A DNA stretch of 64,000 nt from Planctomycetota bacterium. Lineage in GTDB: Bacteria > Planctomycetota > MHYJ01 > WSZJ01. A model generated the notes under the pieces. The model searched no databases. It was given only the letters and a program-made list of their open reading frames with translations, and had not been told where the DNA came from. The position numbers were made by a program, and so were the translations under genes. How positions within the stretch are numbered: position 1 is the first letter of the stretch; each line of letters begins with the position of its first letter. Shown here piece by piece: positions 44,542 to 54,845 of this stretch. Location: positions 229,301 to 293,300 of the forward strand of contig JBBTCT010000022.1 in assembly GCA_038060895.1 (NCBI GenBank). The letters are read 5' to 3'.

Positions 44542-45495
44542 CTAGCGCTTCACATCCCGCTTTGGCGCTTCCAGAGTGAGGCGTTTTCCTTCGGTGCGCT
44601 GGATCGCGTCGAGCATCTTCGCCCCGTCTGACTTCTTCCGGTTGTTGAACGTCCAGAGGTAGGAATCGAGGTACTTCGGAAGGTAGTCATGCCCAACGCC
44701 GTGGAAGATGCCCACGATGGAAGTCTTGAAGTTGGCGAAGAGGCCCTCAACGCCGTTCGTCGTGACGTCCCCACGGGCGTACTCTTCGATGGAGTGGTTG
44801 ACGGTTTCATGCTTCACCATCATCCGCCCTGGCGTGACGTACAGCTTGGATTCGTCTGAGTGAAGCACCGTCCGCTTGGGATCAACGTTCTTCATTACGA
44901 AGCGGCGGATGTCCCGCGCGTTGGCCTTGGGCGCTGGCTTGACGACGGCACGCGCGGACCCTCCACGCTGAACCAGCGCCAGCACGGTTGACTTCTTCAC
45001 GGCCTTGCCACGGCGCGATCCGCGCCCCTTGTGGCCGAAGTAGGTTTCGTCCGCTTCGATGATCCCGGCGAGTGGTGACTTGTCGGAGTTCTGGAGAGCG
45101 TGGCGCACCCGATGGCAGAGAAACCACGCGGTGCGATAACTGCCGAGTTCAAGGTGCCGCTGGATTGCCAGCGCCGAGATTCCTGTCTTGCTGGACGAAA
45201 TGAGGTAGAAGGCCAGCAGCCACTTGTTGAGCGGGATGTGGCTGTCCTCGAAGATCGTGCCAACGGTGCAAGTGAACTGCTTCCGGCACGCCACGCAGAA
45301 CAGCAGCCCCTTGCGAATCTTCTTCTCCGCGTCTGGCTTGAGCCGGGCGACCTTCTCGCGTTCGGTGCAGCCACAGTGCGGGCAAACGGGGCCAGAGGGC
45401 CAGCGCACCGCTTCGATGTAGTTACGCGCGGCGTCCTCGTCTGGGAAGAGAGAGAAGATGTTCGTCAGGCTCACGGCATCGGGCGTCGGGATCAT
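44542..45495 (-). CDS. IS1595-family (ISXO2-like) DDE transposase
   Basis: N-terminal zinc ribbon WPSGPVCPHCG; DDE core around IIEADETYFG. Confidence 0.85.
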   Translation of the reverse strand: MIPTPDAVSLTNIFSLFPDEDAARNYIEAVRWPSGPVCPHCGCTEREKVARLKPDAEKKIRKGLLFCVACRKQFTCTVGTIFEDSHIPLNKWLLAFYLISSSKTGISALAIQRHLELGSYRTAWFLCHRVRHALQNSDKSPLAGIIEADETYFGHKGRGSRRGKAVKKSTVLALVQRGGSARAVVKPAPKANARDIRRFVMKNVDPKRTVLHSDESKLYVTPGRMMVKHETVNHSIEEYARGDVTTNGVEGLFANFKTSIVGIFHGVGHDYLPKYLDSYLWTFNNRKKSDGAKMLDAIQRTEGKRLTLEAPKRDVKR

Positions 45496-45721
45496 GGGCG
45501 TCTCCTTTGAGTACGCCTAAAAGATACTAGATCATGCTTGTTTTGTCAAGTGCATAATCCCGATTTCAAGCTTAACATTATGATATTAAATAAGTTATGA
45601 CACATTGTCTGCAACGGTTCATTCGGCACGTGCGTTGCAATTCAATCTTGACGCGACCTGATCAACGAACGGTTGCGGCCTTCACTTCCCAAACAACAAC
45701 TCACCGATCGGAGAACGACCC

Positions 45722-46261
45722 ATGAGCAACACATTGGACACAACCATCCGGGTTCAGTGGTCCCCGGCCCCCGGCTCCCCCGAAGCCCTTTCTTCCAACC
45801 GCCGTCTCTCGAAGCTCGCCGCTGCGGCGCTTCACTGCGCCTGGCTGTCCTACATCGCGGCGCTCTTCCTTCCTGCCGCTGTCTACACACCCGGCTACCT
45901 GTGCCTGCTCGGGTCGGCCGTTTCGGTGGTGGTTCTCTGCCTGGGCTCGGTCTCCGCGCTCGTTCCCGCGCTTCTGTTCATCCCGAACCTGGCGATGCTC
46001 CTGAGCCCGATGGTCCTGGCGCGGTCCGTGCGTCGCGGCCGCATGATGCAGGTCCTGAGCGGGCTCAGCGTGGCCGGCGCCATCCTGACCGTTTCGTGCG
46101 GCGCGCTGATCTGCTCCCAGGGGCTCGACACCGGCGGCTGCGGCGGCACGGGCGGACGGAACTCCGATCCGGAGATCGGGTTCTTCATGTGGGTCGTGTC
46201 GGCGGTCTTCCTCGCGGCCGGCACGGTCCTCGCCCGCCGGTCGGAAGGCGCCGCGAAGTAA
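45722..46261 (+). CDS. integral membrane protein, hypothetical
   Basis: 4-5 predicted TM helices; RBS GGAGAA. Confidence 0.55.
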   Translation: MSNTLDTTIRVQWSPAPGSPEALSSNRRLSKLAAAALHCAWLSYIAALFLPAAVYTPGYLCLLGSAVSVVVLCLGSVSALVPALLFIPNLAMLLSPMVLARSVRRGRMMQVLSGLSVAGAILTVSCGALICSQGLDTGGCGGTGGRNSDPEIGFFMWVVSAVFLAAGTVLARRSEGAAK

Positions 46262-46353
46262 GTCCGGTCTCCTCTCTGCCGAACGGGCCGCGCGATCCCC
46301 ACGGATCCGCGGCCCGTCGCGTTTCCGGCATTCTTCGGGGACAATGCCCCGGA

Positions 46354-46713
46354 ATGGACCAGCTGAACACCGTGCGCGTTCACCTCCTCGAACTTCATCG
46401 CCTCCTCCTCGCCGTCGAGCGCGAGGACTACGAACGCGTCCACGGCCGCGTGACGGGCGCCACCTTCCTGAACGTGCTGACCTCCGACCCGGCGTTCGCA
46501 TGGCTGCGGCCCCTCACGTCGCTGATCCTCACGCTGGACGAGATGCTGGAAGCGGAACTCACCGAGGCCGACCGGGTGGACGGCATCACGCGCATCCGCG
46601 CTTTCCTGGCCCCCGACGAAAACGGGAACGAGTTCCAGAGGAGGTACGCCGACGCGCTTCAGCAGAGCCCGCACGTTCTACTCGCGCACGGGGTGGTGAT
46701 GAAGGCGCTGTAG
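46354..46713 (+). CDS. hypothetical alpha-helical protein
   Basis: ATG inside a longer track ORF; coding-like composition. Confidence 0.4.
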   Translation: MDQLNTVRVHLLELHRLLLAVEREDYERVHGRVTGATFLNVLTSDPAFAWLRPLTSLILTLDEMLEAELTEADRVDGITRIRAFLAPDENGNEFQRRYADALQQSPHVLLAHGVVMKAL

Positions 46714-46810
46714 ACCGCCGCCGGGCGCTCCCCCGGCTCACTGTAATAGACAATAAAACCATTATGTCTATTCTGGGCATTATGGTAATTTCCGTCCAGG
46801 AGGTTTCACC

Positions 46811-47162
46811 CATGACGACAAGTTCCCTGCCGACGCCGACGGGCGAATCCGTTCCCATGACCAGCTTCCCGGCCTCTGCGCTCAAGAACTCCGCTGCGGA
46901 TGTCCTGGAGATGGTCCTGACCTCCGGCGCCGTTGTCATCACCCGACACGGCAAGGAGAAGGCCGTGATCCTGTCCGTCGAAGCCTACCGGCGACTCGTG
47001 GCTTCCCGCCGCGACGACCTGGACGTTCTACGCGCAAAATTCGGCGGGCTGCTAGCCAGAATGCAGACTCCCGCTGCGCGAAAGGGCGCACGGGCCGCCT
47101 TCGACGCTTCGCCGGATGAAATGGGCAAAGCAGCCGTAAAGGCGGCGCGCCGCCGTGGCTGA
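46811..47162 (+). CDS. Phd/YefM-family antitoxin
   Basis: RBS AGGAGG; core VVITRHGKEKAVILSVEAYRRL; AT-rich palindromic operator upstream. Confidence 0.7.
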
Positions 47163-47802
47163 CCGCCGCGCCGTCATCACCGTGCTCGCCGGCACGAATG
47201 GCGCCGGCAAGAGCAGCATTGCAGGAGCCACGATTCGTTCGCGCCAGGCGGACTACTACAACCCTGACGAAGCGGCGCGCGCTCACAAGGAAGCGCATCC
47301 GGAGGCGACTGCCGAAGAAGCGAACGCCGCTGCGTGGGAATTCGGCCGCCGCATGCTCGAAGAGGCCGCTCGTGAGCGGAAGAACTTCGCCTTTGAAACG
47401 ACACTGGGCGGCAACACGATCATGTTTCTTCTTGAGAATGCAGCGAATTCCGGTTTGGACGTGCGGATCTGGTACACCGGACTTGCTTCAGTCGAGTTGC
47501 ACCTCAAACGCGTCCGGCAACGGGTCCGCCTGGGAGGTCACGACATTCCCGAGGAAATGATCCGGCGCCGCTATGAGAACGGGCCCCGGAACCTGATCCG
47601 CCTCATGCCGAAGCTCGCCTCGCTGCGCGTCTACGACAACAGTGCCGCAGGGGATCCCGCCGCGGGAGTGGCTCCGAAACCAGTTCTTGTTCTGCAGATG
47701 GAAAAGGGCCGAATTGCCGGGCCGAAGGATCTGTCCCGGACTTCCGAATGGGCGAAATCGATCGTCGCGCGGGCCATGGAACTTCACTCGGCGCCCAGGT
47801 AG
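47155..47802 (+). CDS. zeta-toxin-like P-loop kinase (toxin of TA pair)
   Basis: P-loop [11 protein letters not shown]; 8-nt overlap with antitoxin gene; GTG start. Confidence 0.7.
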   Translation: MADRRAVITVLAGTNGAGKSSIAGATIRSRQADYYNPDEAARAHKEAHPEATAEEANAAAWEFGRRMLEEAARERKNFAFETTLGGNTIMFLLENAANSGLDVRIWYTGLASVELHLKRVRQRVRLGGHDIPEEMIRRRYENGPRNLIRLMPKLASLRVYDNSAAGDPAAGVAPKPVLVLQMEKGRIAGPKDLSRTSEWAKSIVARAMELHSAPR

Positions 47803-47863
47803 CGACCCCGCTCGGATCGGCATTGTGCTATCCTCCCGCCCCCTCATTTCCGGAACCACCTTG

Positions 47864-49387
47864 ATGCGTTTCGCAGACCTGCACCTGATCGAGCCTCTTC
47901 TCCGCGCCGTGCACGACGAAGGCTATGTCACGCCCACCCCCATCCAGGAAATGTCGATCCCGCACGTGCTGGAAGGGAAGGACCTGCTCGGCTGCGCCCA
48001 GACCGGCACCGGCAAGACGGCGGCCTTCGCACTTCCGATCCTCCAGCGCCTCCACGCCCAGCCCATCCCGAACCCGCGATACGTGCGCGTGCTGGTGCTC
48101 GCGCCCACGCGCGAGCTGGCGACCCAGATCGGCGATTCGTTCCGGACCTACGGGAAACACCTCGGCTTCCGGCACGTCACCATCTACGGCGGCGTCGGCC
48201 AGAACCCGCAGGCACAGGCGCTTCACCGCGGCGTCGACATCGTCGTCGCCACCCCCGGCCGGCTGCTCGACCTGATGCAGCAGGGGTATGCGAAGCTGAA
48301 CCGGGTGGAAGTGCTGGTGCTCGACGAAGCGGACCGGATGCTGGACATGGGGTTCATCCACGACGTGAAGCGGATCATCGCGGCGATCCCGAAGAAGCGG
48401 CAGACGCTTTTTTACAGCGCGACGCTGCCGCGCGAGATCCAGTCGCTGGCGCACGACATCCTGTCGAGCCCGGTTCGCGTCGAGGTCACGCCCGCGGCGA
48501 CGACGGTCGAGAAAATCGCACAGTCGGTGTGCTTCGTGGACAAGGGAAACAAGTTCACGGTCCTTCAGGGGCTTCTGCGCGACACGAAAATTCAGCGCGC
48601 CCTCATTTTCACGCGCACGAAGCACGGCGCGAACAAGCTCGCCAAGCAGCTCAACCAGGTCGGCGTCCGATCCGACGCCATCCATGGGAACAAGGCGCAG
48701 ACGGCGCGCGAGCGCGCGCTGGCGGACTTCGGGCGAGGCAAGATCCGGGTCCTGGTCGCCACCGACATCGCCGCGCGCGGGATCGACGTCGAGGGCATCA
48801 CGCACGTCTTCAACTACGACCTCCCCAACGTCCCCGACAGCTACGTGCACCGCATCGGGCGCACCGCGCGAGCGGGGGCTTCCGGCGAAGCGATTTCATT
48901 CTGCTCCCCCGAGGAGCGCGGCGAGCTGTCCGACATCGAGCGGCTGATCCGGATGACGCTTCCGACGCGGCCGGGACAGCCGGAACGGCCCGCGGCGGGG
49001 CGGCCGGGCGGCCAATCGGCCGGGCGGGCAGGCGGGCGCAGCTTCGGCTCCTCAGGGCAGATGGGCGGCTCCTCGAATCGCTTCAATCGCCCGGGACAGG
49101 GACATGGAGGCCACGCGCACCGCTCGCAGGGCGCGAAGCCGGCCGGTCACGGCCACTCCGGGTCCCACGGCCACCACACTTCCGGCGGTCACGCCGCTTC
49201 CCACGTCCAGGCAGCCTCCCACGGCTCAACTCCCGCGCACCCGGCTCCGCACTCCCACGCCGCGCCTCACTCGCACGGAGCTCCGCGATCCGCCGGCGGT
49301 TCGCATCAGCACGGCGGCGCGCCGGCTCACGGCCAGGGCCGCTTCGCGGGAAAACTCCGGGGACGGCATCCCCGGAAGGGGCGTTAG
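47864..49387 (+). CDS. DEAD-box ATP-dependent RNA helicase (RhlE-like) with His/Gly-rich tail
   Basis: Q-motif, [23 protein letters not shown] motifs. Confidence 0.9.
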   Translation: MRFADLHLIEPLLRAVHDEGYVTPTPIQEMSIPHVLEGKDLLGCAQTGTGKTAAFALPILQRLHAQPIPNPRYVRVLVLAPTRELATQIGDSFRTYGKHLGFRHVTIYGGVGQNPQAQALHRGVDIVVATPGRLLDLMQQGYAKLNRVEVLVLDEADRMLDMGFIHDVKRIIAAIPKKRQTLFYSATLPREIQSLAHDILSSPVRVEVTPAATTVEKIAQSVCFVDKGNKFTVLQGLLRDTKIQRALIFTRTKHGANKLAKQLNQVGVRSDAIHGNKAQTARERALADFGRGKIRVLVATDIAARGIDVEGITHVFNYDLPNVPDSYVHRIGRTARAGASGEAISFCSPEERGELSDIERLIRMTLPTRPGQPERPAAGRPGGQSAGRAGGRSFGSSGQMGGSSNRFNRPGQGHGGHAHRSQGAKPAGHGHSGSHGHHTSGGHAASHVQAASHGSTPAHPAPHSHAAPHSHGAPRSAGGSHQHGGAPAHGQGRFAGKLRGRHPRKGR

Positions 49388-49472
49388 CCGGAGTTCGTCC
49401 AGGGAGATCGAACCCGCGGCTCAGCGGTTCGTTGAAGGGGAGGACGCCCGGACGGGCGGCCCAACCCTTCTC

Positions 49473-50933
49473 ATGAGAACACTTCTCAGCCCCTGTCTTG
49501 CCGCGCTTGCGACGGCGGCCTGCTTCGCGATGAACGCGAGCGCCGAAGAGCCCGCTTCCGCCGATGTGTTCATCGAAACGGCCGACGGAACGATGATCGC
49601 GGGCACCTTGCCCTCGGACCTGGCGTTTGTGCTCGCGCGACCGGACGGAGAAACGAAAATCGCCGCGGGTGCGGTGCGCCGGCTGGCGGTGTCGAGCCTT
49701 CGGGAAGCGGAAGCGCTGGAGCTGGAGGCTTCGGTCAAGGGGATCGGAGTGCGGTGGAAGAGCGAGGAATTCGAGGAGCGCGAAGCGGCGACGAAGGAAG
49801 CGTTGAAGCTGCCGGCGGCGGCGGCGGCGTTCCTGTCGCGATTGAGAGCGGACCCGGACGCGGAGGTGGGCGCGCGGGCGCGCGAGGTGCTGGAAGAGAT
49901 CCAGGCGCGCGGAGACCCGGGCGATGCGCGCGACCAGGTATTTGCGGACGGCAAGATCCTGCGGGGCTGGCTGAAGCTCGAGACGTTCACGCTCACGACG
50001 ATGCTGGGGCCGGCCAAGATTTCACTGGCGGACGTGCGCACGCTGCGCCGGGTGGAAGAGCCGGAGCGCCTGCCGCGCGCGACACAGGAGGACGAATGGC
50101 CACCGCCGCCGCCGGACCGGCCCGCGCCGCCGCCGGCGAACGGTTCTATTCAGGTCGCGATGCTTCTGCGAAACGGCTGGCGGCTCGTGGGCGAGTTGGC
50201 GCCGGAGGCTCTTTCTCTCGAAGGAGAGAACGGCGACCTGGTGGCGATGGAGAACCTCGTCCGGCTCGAACGGGCGAAGGACGATCGCAAGTTCTTCCGG
50301 GTGATCCGAAAGGGAAAACCTTCGGTCAGCGCGACGCTGGCGGCAGATGAGGTCGCTCTCGATGCGCTCGTCGGGCGCTGGGCCGTGCCCGCCGACGACA
50401 TCGAGTGGATTGAGTTCGGGCCGCTTCGGCGCAACTCGGGAGCCCTCGTTCAACTCATTGCCGACTTCACCGCGGCGAAGGCCGCCGGCGAAAAACGGCT
50501 GGAGTCGAAGTTCTGGGTCCACATCCGCGACCAGCGTGCCAACCCGTGGGACAGCGCGGGAAAGGTGGGAATGACCTGGTCGCTTCTCGACGTCCAGGGC
50601 GACGCCTGCCTGGTCGGCGTGCACGCGAAGAGCAACGCCTACCAGGGCGATACGTCCGTGGAGGAAGAGCTTCCGATCCTCGCGATCCGCAAAGGGAAGT
50701 TCGCGCCGCCGGAGGGGCTGGACGTCTCGAACGCGTACCGGGGCTGGGCCTCGGGCGAGATCCGGCTGACGCGGCCGGTGCGCGGGACGGCGATGACTTC
50801 GCTGGAAGCGGCGAACAAGCTGGTCGTGGAGGAGTTCGGGGACGGCTGGCGGATGGCGCAGTTCCACGATACGAACAGGACGGGATGGCACTGGTGGGCC
50901 TACTGGGTGGATCCGACCGGGAAAGAGAAGTAG
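49473..50933 (+). CDS. secreted hypothetical protein
   Basis: Signal peptide MRTLLSPCLAALATAACFA; Pro-rich linker. Confidence 0.55.
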   Translation: MRTLLSPCLAALATAACFAMNASAEEPASADVFIETADGTMIAGTLPSDLAFVLARPDGETKIAAGAVRRLAVSSLREAEALELEASVKGIGVRWKSEEFEEREAATKEALKLPAAAAAFLSRLRADPDAEVGARAREVLEEIQARGDPGDARDQVFADGKILRGWLKLETFTLTTMLGPAKISLADVRTLRRVEEPERLPRATQEDEWPPPPPDRPAPPPANGSIQVAMLLRNGWRLVGELAPEALSLEGENGDLVAMENLVRLERAKDDRKFFRVIRKGKPSVSATLAADEVALDALVGRWAVPADDIEWIEFGPLRRNSGALVQLIADFTAAKAAGEKRLESKFWVHIRDQRANPWDSAGKVGMTWSLLDVQGDACLVGVHAKSNAYQGDTSVEEELPILAIRKGKFAPPEGLDVSNAYRGWASGEIRLTRPVRGTAMTSLEAANKLVVEEFGDGWRMAQFHDTNRTGWHWWAYWVDPTGKEK

Positions 50934-51008
50934 GGAGGAGCGCTCGATCGCGGCCCTCTGTCCGCCGAACAAGCCGGAAAGGAGGTCCCTGCAACTACAC
51001 TCCGTTCC

Positions 51009-54000
51009 ATGAGCGGCGATTCGTCCCTGCAGAACCGCGCCCTTGCCGAGCTGGCCCGCGCCCGCGGGTGGGTGGAGGACGCGGCGCTCGACCGGGCGGT
51101 CTCGGAAGCGGCAGGCGCCGATCTTGGAAACCGGCTGCGGGACGCCGGGCTGATTTCGCAGGGGCAGCTCGAATCGCTTCGCGCCGCCCTCGGCGTGCCT
51201 CTTCAGCCGGGCTCTGATGCGACGGTGGTCCCGGGCGCGGTCGTCGGCGAGGCGTCTGCGGCAGACACCCAGGTCGGGCCTTACCGGATCCTGCGCGAAC
51301 TCGGCCGCGGTGGCATGGGGGTCGTCTACCGCGCGCTCGACCCGAAGCTCGGGCGCGAAGTCGCGCTCAAGGTGCTTCTCGGTGGCGGCATCGCTCCCGA
51401 GGACCAGGTCGAGCGCTTCCGCCGCGAAGCCGCCCTCCTCGCGCGGCTCGGCCGCCATCCGCATCTCGTCGCGGTGCACGACGCGGGGCGCGACGGGGAT
51501 TCGCTGTACTTCACGATGGACCTCGTCGCCGGGAGGTCGCTGCAAAAGCGCCTCGATGACGAAGGCGCTCTTCCTCCCCTCGAAGCCGCGCGCATCGCCG
51601 CGGAGGCCGCTTCGGCCCTGGCGTTCGTGCATGCTGCGGGGGCGGTGCACCGCGACGTGAAGCCCGCGAACGTCCTGCTCGACGCGGAAGGCCGCGCGTA
51701 TCTCACGGATTTCGGGCTGGCGCGGGCGGGGGATTCCGGGCTGACGCTGACGGGGGACGTCTTCGGGACGCCCGCGTTCATGCCGCCGGAACAGGCGGCG
51801 GGGATGGGGAAGTCCGCGACCGCCGCGGCGGACGTCTATTCGTTGGGCGCGACGCTGTACCAGGCGATGACCGGCGCGGCGCCTTTCGCGGGCGAAAGCG
51901 CGGCCGAGATTCTGCGGCAGGTCGTGAGCGAAGAGCCGCAGGCGCCGCGCTCGGTGCGCGCGGCGATCCCCGTCGATCTCGAAGTCATCTGCCTGAAGGC
52001 GATGCGCAAGGAACCTCACCGCCGGTACGGATCGGCTGCGGACATGGAAGCGGACCTGCGGCATTTCATCGCGGGAGAGTCGATCCAGGCGCGCCCGGCC
52101 GGCGCGGCCGAGAGGGCGGCGGGCTGGGCGCGCCGCCATCGCGGCCCCGTCGCGGCGGGAGCGGTGGCGCTTCTGCTCATCGCCGCAGCAGGCGGCGCCG
52201 CCGGCTGGAAGGCGATCACCCAGGCGCGCTCGGACCGCTCGCGGCAGGAAAACGAATCGCGGGCGCGCGCGGAAGCGGCGCCGCTTCTGGCCGAAGGAAG
52301 TTCCCTGATCCGGCAGTCCGACGAGGCCTGGAGGGCGGGCGATCCCTCCCTCCGCGCCGCGATCGCCGCGCGCGCGATCGCGCCGCTTCGCCGCGCCGCC
52401 GGCCTTCTCCCCGGAGACGGCGACATCGCCTGCGAACTCGGCCGCGCGCTCCGGAGGTCCGGGCATCGCGGTGAAGCGCTGGCCGCGCTCGAGCGCGCGC
52501 AGCGGCTGAGCCCCCGGAACTCGCTGGCGTGGTACGAACACGGGGCGACGCTGATGGACCAGCTCGAAGACCAGCGCGGGCGGATCCTGCGCACGGTCAT
52601 TCCCCGCGGAACCTTCAGCATGGAGCAGGACAGCAAAGTTCGCCCCGTCATGGAAGTGTCGCTGGATGAGACGGCCTCGCCCGCCGCGGAGTCGCTGAAA
52701 GCCCGCGCGGCCCAGGATTTCCGCGCGCTGGTCGATCTCGAGCCGGCCGGCGAACGCTCGGCCTACGGGCGGGGGATCCTGCACTTCTTCGAGAAGCGAT
52801 ACGAGGACGGGCTCCGCGAGCTCGACGCCGCGCTGGCCGAGAATCCGTATTTCTTCGAAGCGCGCGAGGCCCGTGCGCAGCTGCTCGACCTCTGGACGAA
52901 GGACCCGCTTCGCGCCCTCGAAGACCGCCGCACGCTCGCAGCGCAGCTTCCGCTCAACCTGCTCGCGCGCCTCGGATACGCCATGTCGCTGGCGGCGGTG
53001 GGGCGCAAGGAGGAAGCGCTCGCCGCGGCCCGCGGCATCGCCGCCGGGTGGCCGGACGACCTCGTCAGTCAGTTCAACGCGGGCGTGATCTGCCTCGCGT
53101 GCGACGACCGCGACAGCGCGAGCCGCTGCGCCGTCCGCGTGCTCGAGCTGGCGGACACGCAGGAAGAGCTGGAGGCCGGCGTCGAGCTCTCGGTCAATTC
53201 CTGCCTTCTCGTGCACGACGTCGCGGCCGCCGACGAAGCCCTGGAGCGCTTCGCGTCGCGCATCGACCCCGATTTCGCCCACCTCTTGCGCGCCATGGTC
53301 CGCCGCGAACAGGGGCGCCACGCCGAGGCCTCCCGCGAACTCCGGGCGATTTCACCGGATGACCCCTACTACCTCATCTGCTCCGACATGCGCGGCTGGG
53401 TCGAGTGGACCTGCGGCAACCTCGACCTCGCCGACAAGGCCTCCTTCGACGGCGCCCGGCGCTTCAGCGAAGGCGGCAGCTTCTGGGTCCGCGGCCTCAT
53501 CCTCATGGACCTCGGCCGCTACCCCGAGGCCGTCGAAAACCTCGACGCAGCCTGCCGCATCACGCCGGACTTCAACGCCTACATCATTCACCTCTCCGGC
53601 GCCCGCTTCCTCAATCGCGACCTCCCCGGCGCTGTCGAAGCGCTGGCGCAGGCGATCGCGACGACGCCCATGCCCGAGTCGGCGCGCAAGACCGCCGACA
53701 GTTACGTCGCCAACCTCCGCAAGCAGGCGGAAGCGGCAAAAACGCCCGCGCAGGAGGGCGCGCTCGTGCAGGGCGTCGCGGGTGCGCTGGCCTTTCTGGG
53801 GGCGCAGGTCGAGGCCCGCTCGGCGACCCGGCAGGCGATCGACATCGGCCTCGCCGGCCTCTGGTACCTGCTCCAGCAATTCTACTTCGACCGAGGGATG
53901 CACAAGGAATCGTCGACGGCCGGCGAAGCGCACCTGAGGATCCAGCGCAACGGGGCGGTCTTGTACAAGCTGGCGCGCTCAAAAGCTTCCGAGGGGAAGA

Positions 54001-54137
54001 CAAAGTCGGCGCTGAAGGCGCTCGCGGAGGCGTTCGAGAAAGGCTTCGACGACGGAAAGCGGCTGGACTCGGAAAAGGCGTTTGACGGAGTGAGGGAGTC
54101 GGGGGATTTCATTGAGCTTCGGAAGCGGTGCCGGTGA
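51009..54137 (+). CDS. Ser/Thr protein kinase with TM segment and TPR repeats
   Basis: GRGGMGVVY, VALK, HRDVKPANVLL, DFGLA kinase motifs. Confidence 0.8.
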   Translation: MSGDSSLQNRALAELARARGWVEDAALDRAVSEAAGADLGNRLRDAGLISQGQLESLRAALGVPLQPGSDATVVPGAVVGEASAADTQVGPYRILRELGRGGMGVVYRALDPKLGREVALKVLLGGGIAPEDQVERFRREAALLARLGRHPHLVAVHDAGRDGDSLYFTMDLVAGRSLQKRLDDEGALPPLEAARIAAEAASALAFVHAAGAVHRDVKPANVLLDAEGRAYLTDFGLARAGDSGLTLTGDVFGTPAFMPPEQAAGMGKSATAAADVYSLGATLYQAMTGAAPFAGESAAEILRQVVSEEPQAPRSVRAAIPVDLEVICLKAMRKEPHRRYGSAADMEADLRHFIAGESIQARPAGAAERAAGWARRHRGPVAAGAVALLLIAAAGGAAGWKAITQARSDRSRQENESRARAEAAPLLAEGSSLIRQSDEAWRAGDPSLRAAIAARAIAPLRRAAGLLPGDGDIACELGRALRRSGHRGEALAALERAQRLSPRNSLAWYEHGATLMDQLEDQRGRILRTVIPRGTFSMEQDSKVRPVMEVSLDETASPAAESLKARAAQDFRALVDLEPAGERSAYGRGILHFFEKRYEDGLRELDAALAENPYFFEAREARAQLLDLWTKDPLRALEDRRTLAAQLPLNLLARLGYAMSLAAVGRKEEALAAARGIAAGWPDDLVSQFNAGVICLACDDRDSASRCAVRVLELADTQEELEAGVELSVNSCLLVHDVAAADEALERFASRIDPDFAHLLRAMVRREQGRHAEASRELRAISPDDPYYLICSDMRGWVEWTCGNLDLADKASFDGARRFSEGGSFWVRGLILMDLGRYPEAVENLDAACRITPDFNAYIIHLSGARFLNRDLPGAVEALAQAIATTPMPESARKTADSYVANLRKQAEAAKTPAQEGALVQGVAGALAFLGAQVEARSATRQAIDIGLAGLWYLLQQFYFDRGMHKESSTAGEAHLRIQRNGAVLYKLARSKASEGKTKSALKALAEAFEKGFDDGKRLDSEKAFDGVRESGDFIELRKRCR

Positions 54138-54152
54138 TCCGACGCACGACCA

Positions 54153-54758
54153 TCAACAATTCTCGTACTTCCAGTTCCGCGACTTTCCTTTCGTCAGCCA
54201 CTCCAGCGTCGTCGCGAGGCGGCGCTGGCGCGTCGCCTCCTGTTTCGCTTCCGTGATCCACTCGATGTACTCGCGCCGGTGGCTCGGCGGAAAGGCCTCG
54301 AACGTCGCGCGCGCCTTCGCGTTTTTCTTGAGCGCCGCGGCGAGATCCGCCGGCACCTTCGCCTCAGGCTTCTTCGTGCGTGGCCGCGACATCGGCGACT
54401 TCGCACCGGAGAGGTTCAGCTCGACGGCCTGCCGCACGTAGTCCGCGATCACTCCGTCCGGCGGAAGCTGCGACACGTCCGTGTACCGAGACCCCATCAT
54501 CCCGTCGTGCCTGCCGAGAATCCCCGCCGGGTCCTTCATCTGCTTCTCGCGCCAGAACCCGAACGTCGCGTGCGCCTTGAACGCCGCCATCCCGCAGACC
54601 ATTCCGTACTTCTCGAAGCTCGGCACACCCCACTTGATTTTCTCCTCGATCCCGGGGCACCCCGTGCGCACCGCCGCGCGGACGCGCTTCAGGATCGGCT
54701 GCGCGAACGGCGCGGCCTTCGCGATGTACGCATCGACTTTCTTCGAGTCGTCGGGCAT
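54153..54758 (-). CDS. DUF1801/YdeI-like protein
   Basis: Real start at MPDDSKKVDAYIAK inside the longer track ORF. Confidence 0.55.
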   Translation of the reverse strand: MPDDSKKVDAYIAKAAPFAQPILKRVRAAVRTGCPGIEEKIKWGVPSFEKYGMVCGMAAFKAHATFGFWREKQMKDPAGILGRHDGMMGSRYTDVSQLPPDGVIADYVRQAVELNLSGAKSPMSRPRTKKPEAKVPADLAAALKKNAKARATFEAFPPSHRREYIEWITEAKQEATRQRRLATTLEWLTKGKSRNWKYENC

Positions 54759-54830
54759 GGCGGGACCTCTTGCAGGAGAAGCGCCGATGTTGCGGAAGGC
54801 CGCCCGGCGAGTCAAGCCGCGCGCACCGCG

Positions 54831-54836
54831 TATAAT
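54831..54836 (+). promoter_or_regulatory. -10 box TATAAT upstream of pgpA
   Basis: cgcgtataatgcgcacccc TTG start at 54846. Confidence 0.3.
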
Positions 54837-54845
54837 GCGCACCCC

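Larger units (their letters stand above)
43427..45562. mobile_element. IS1595-family transporter-IS-like element (2136 bp) with perfect 21-bp terminal inverted repeats and 7-bp TSD ATTTCAA; carries two tRNAs and small ORFs as passengers
   Basis: Left IR cgggattatgcacttgacaaa (43427-43447) is the reverse complement of the right end 45542-45562; flanking direct repeats atttcaa at 43420-43426 and 45563-45569; interior markedly lower GC. Confidence 0.65.

Noticed and set aside
44499-45658. Similar palindromic ~30-bp sequences (gtgcgtgtcaacttgcgaaattgacgcac and gtgcgttgcaattcaatcttgacgcgac) on both sides of the transposase
   Set aside because: They are in direct, not inverted, orientation. The right copy (45629-45658) lies beyond the right IR/TSD, so the pair cannot be the element's termini. 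The perfect 21-bp outer IRs with TSD are the better boundary. The two copies may be transposase-binding or unrelated host sequence.
50022-53321. 1099-aa minus-strand ORF
   Set aside because: Antisense shadow of the Ser/Thr kinase-TPR gene.
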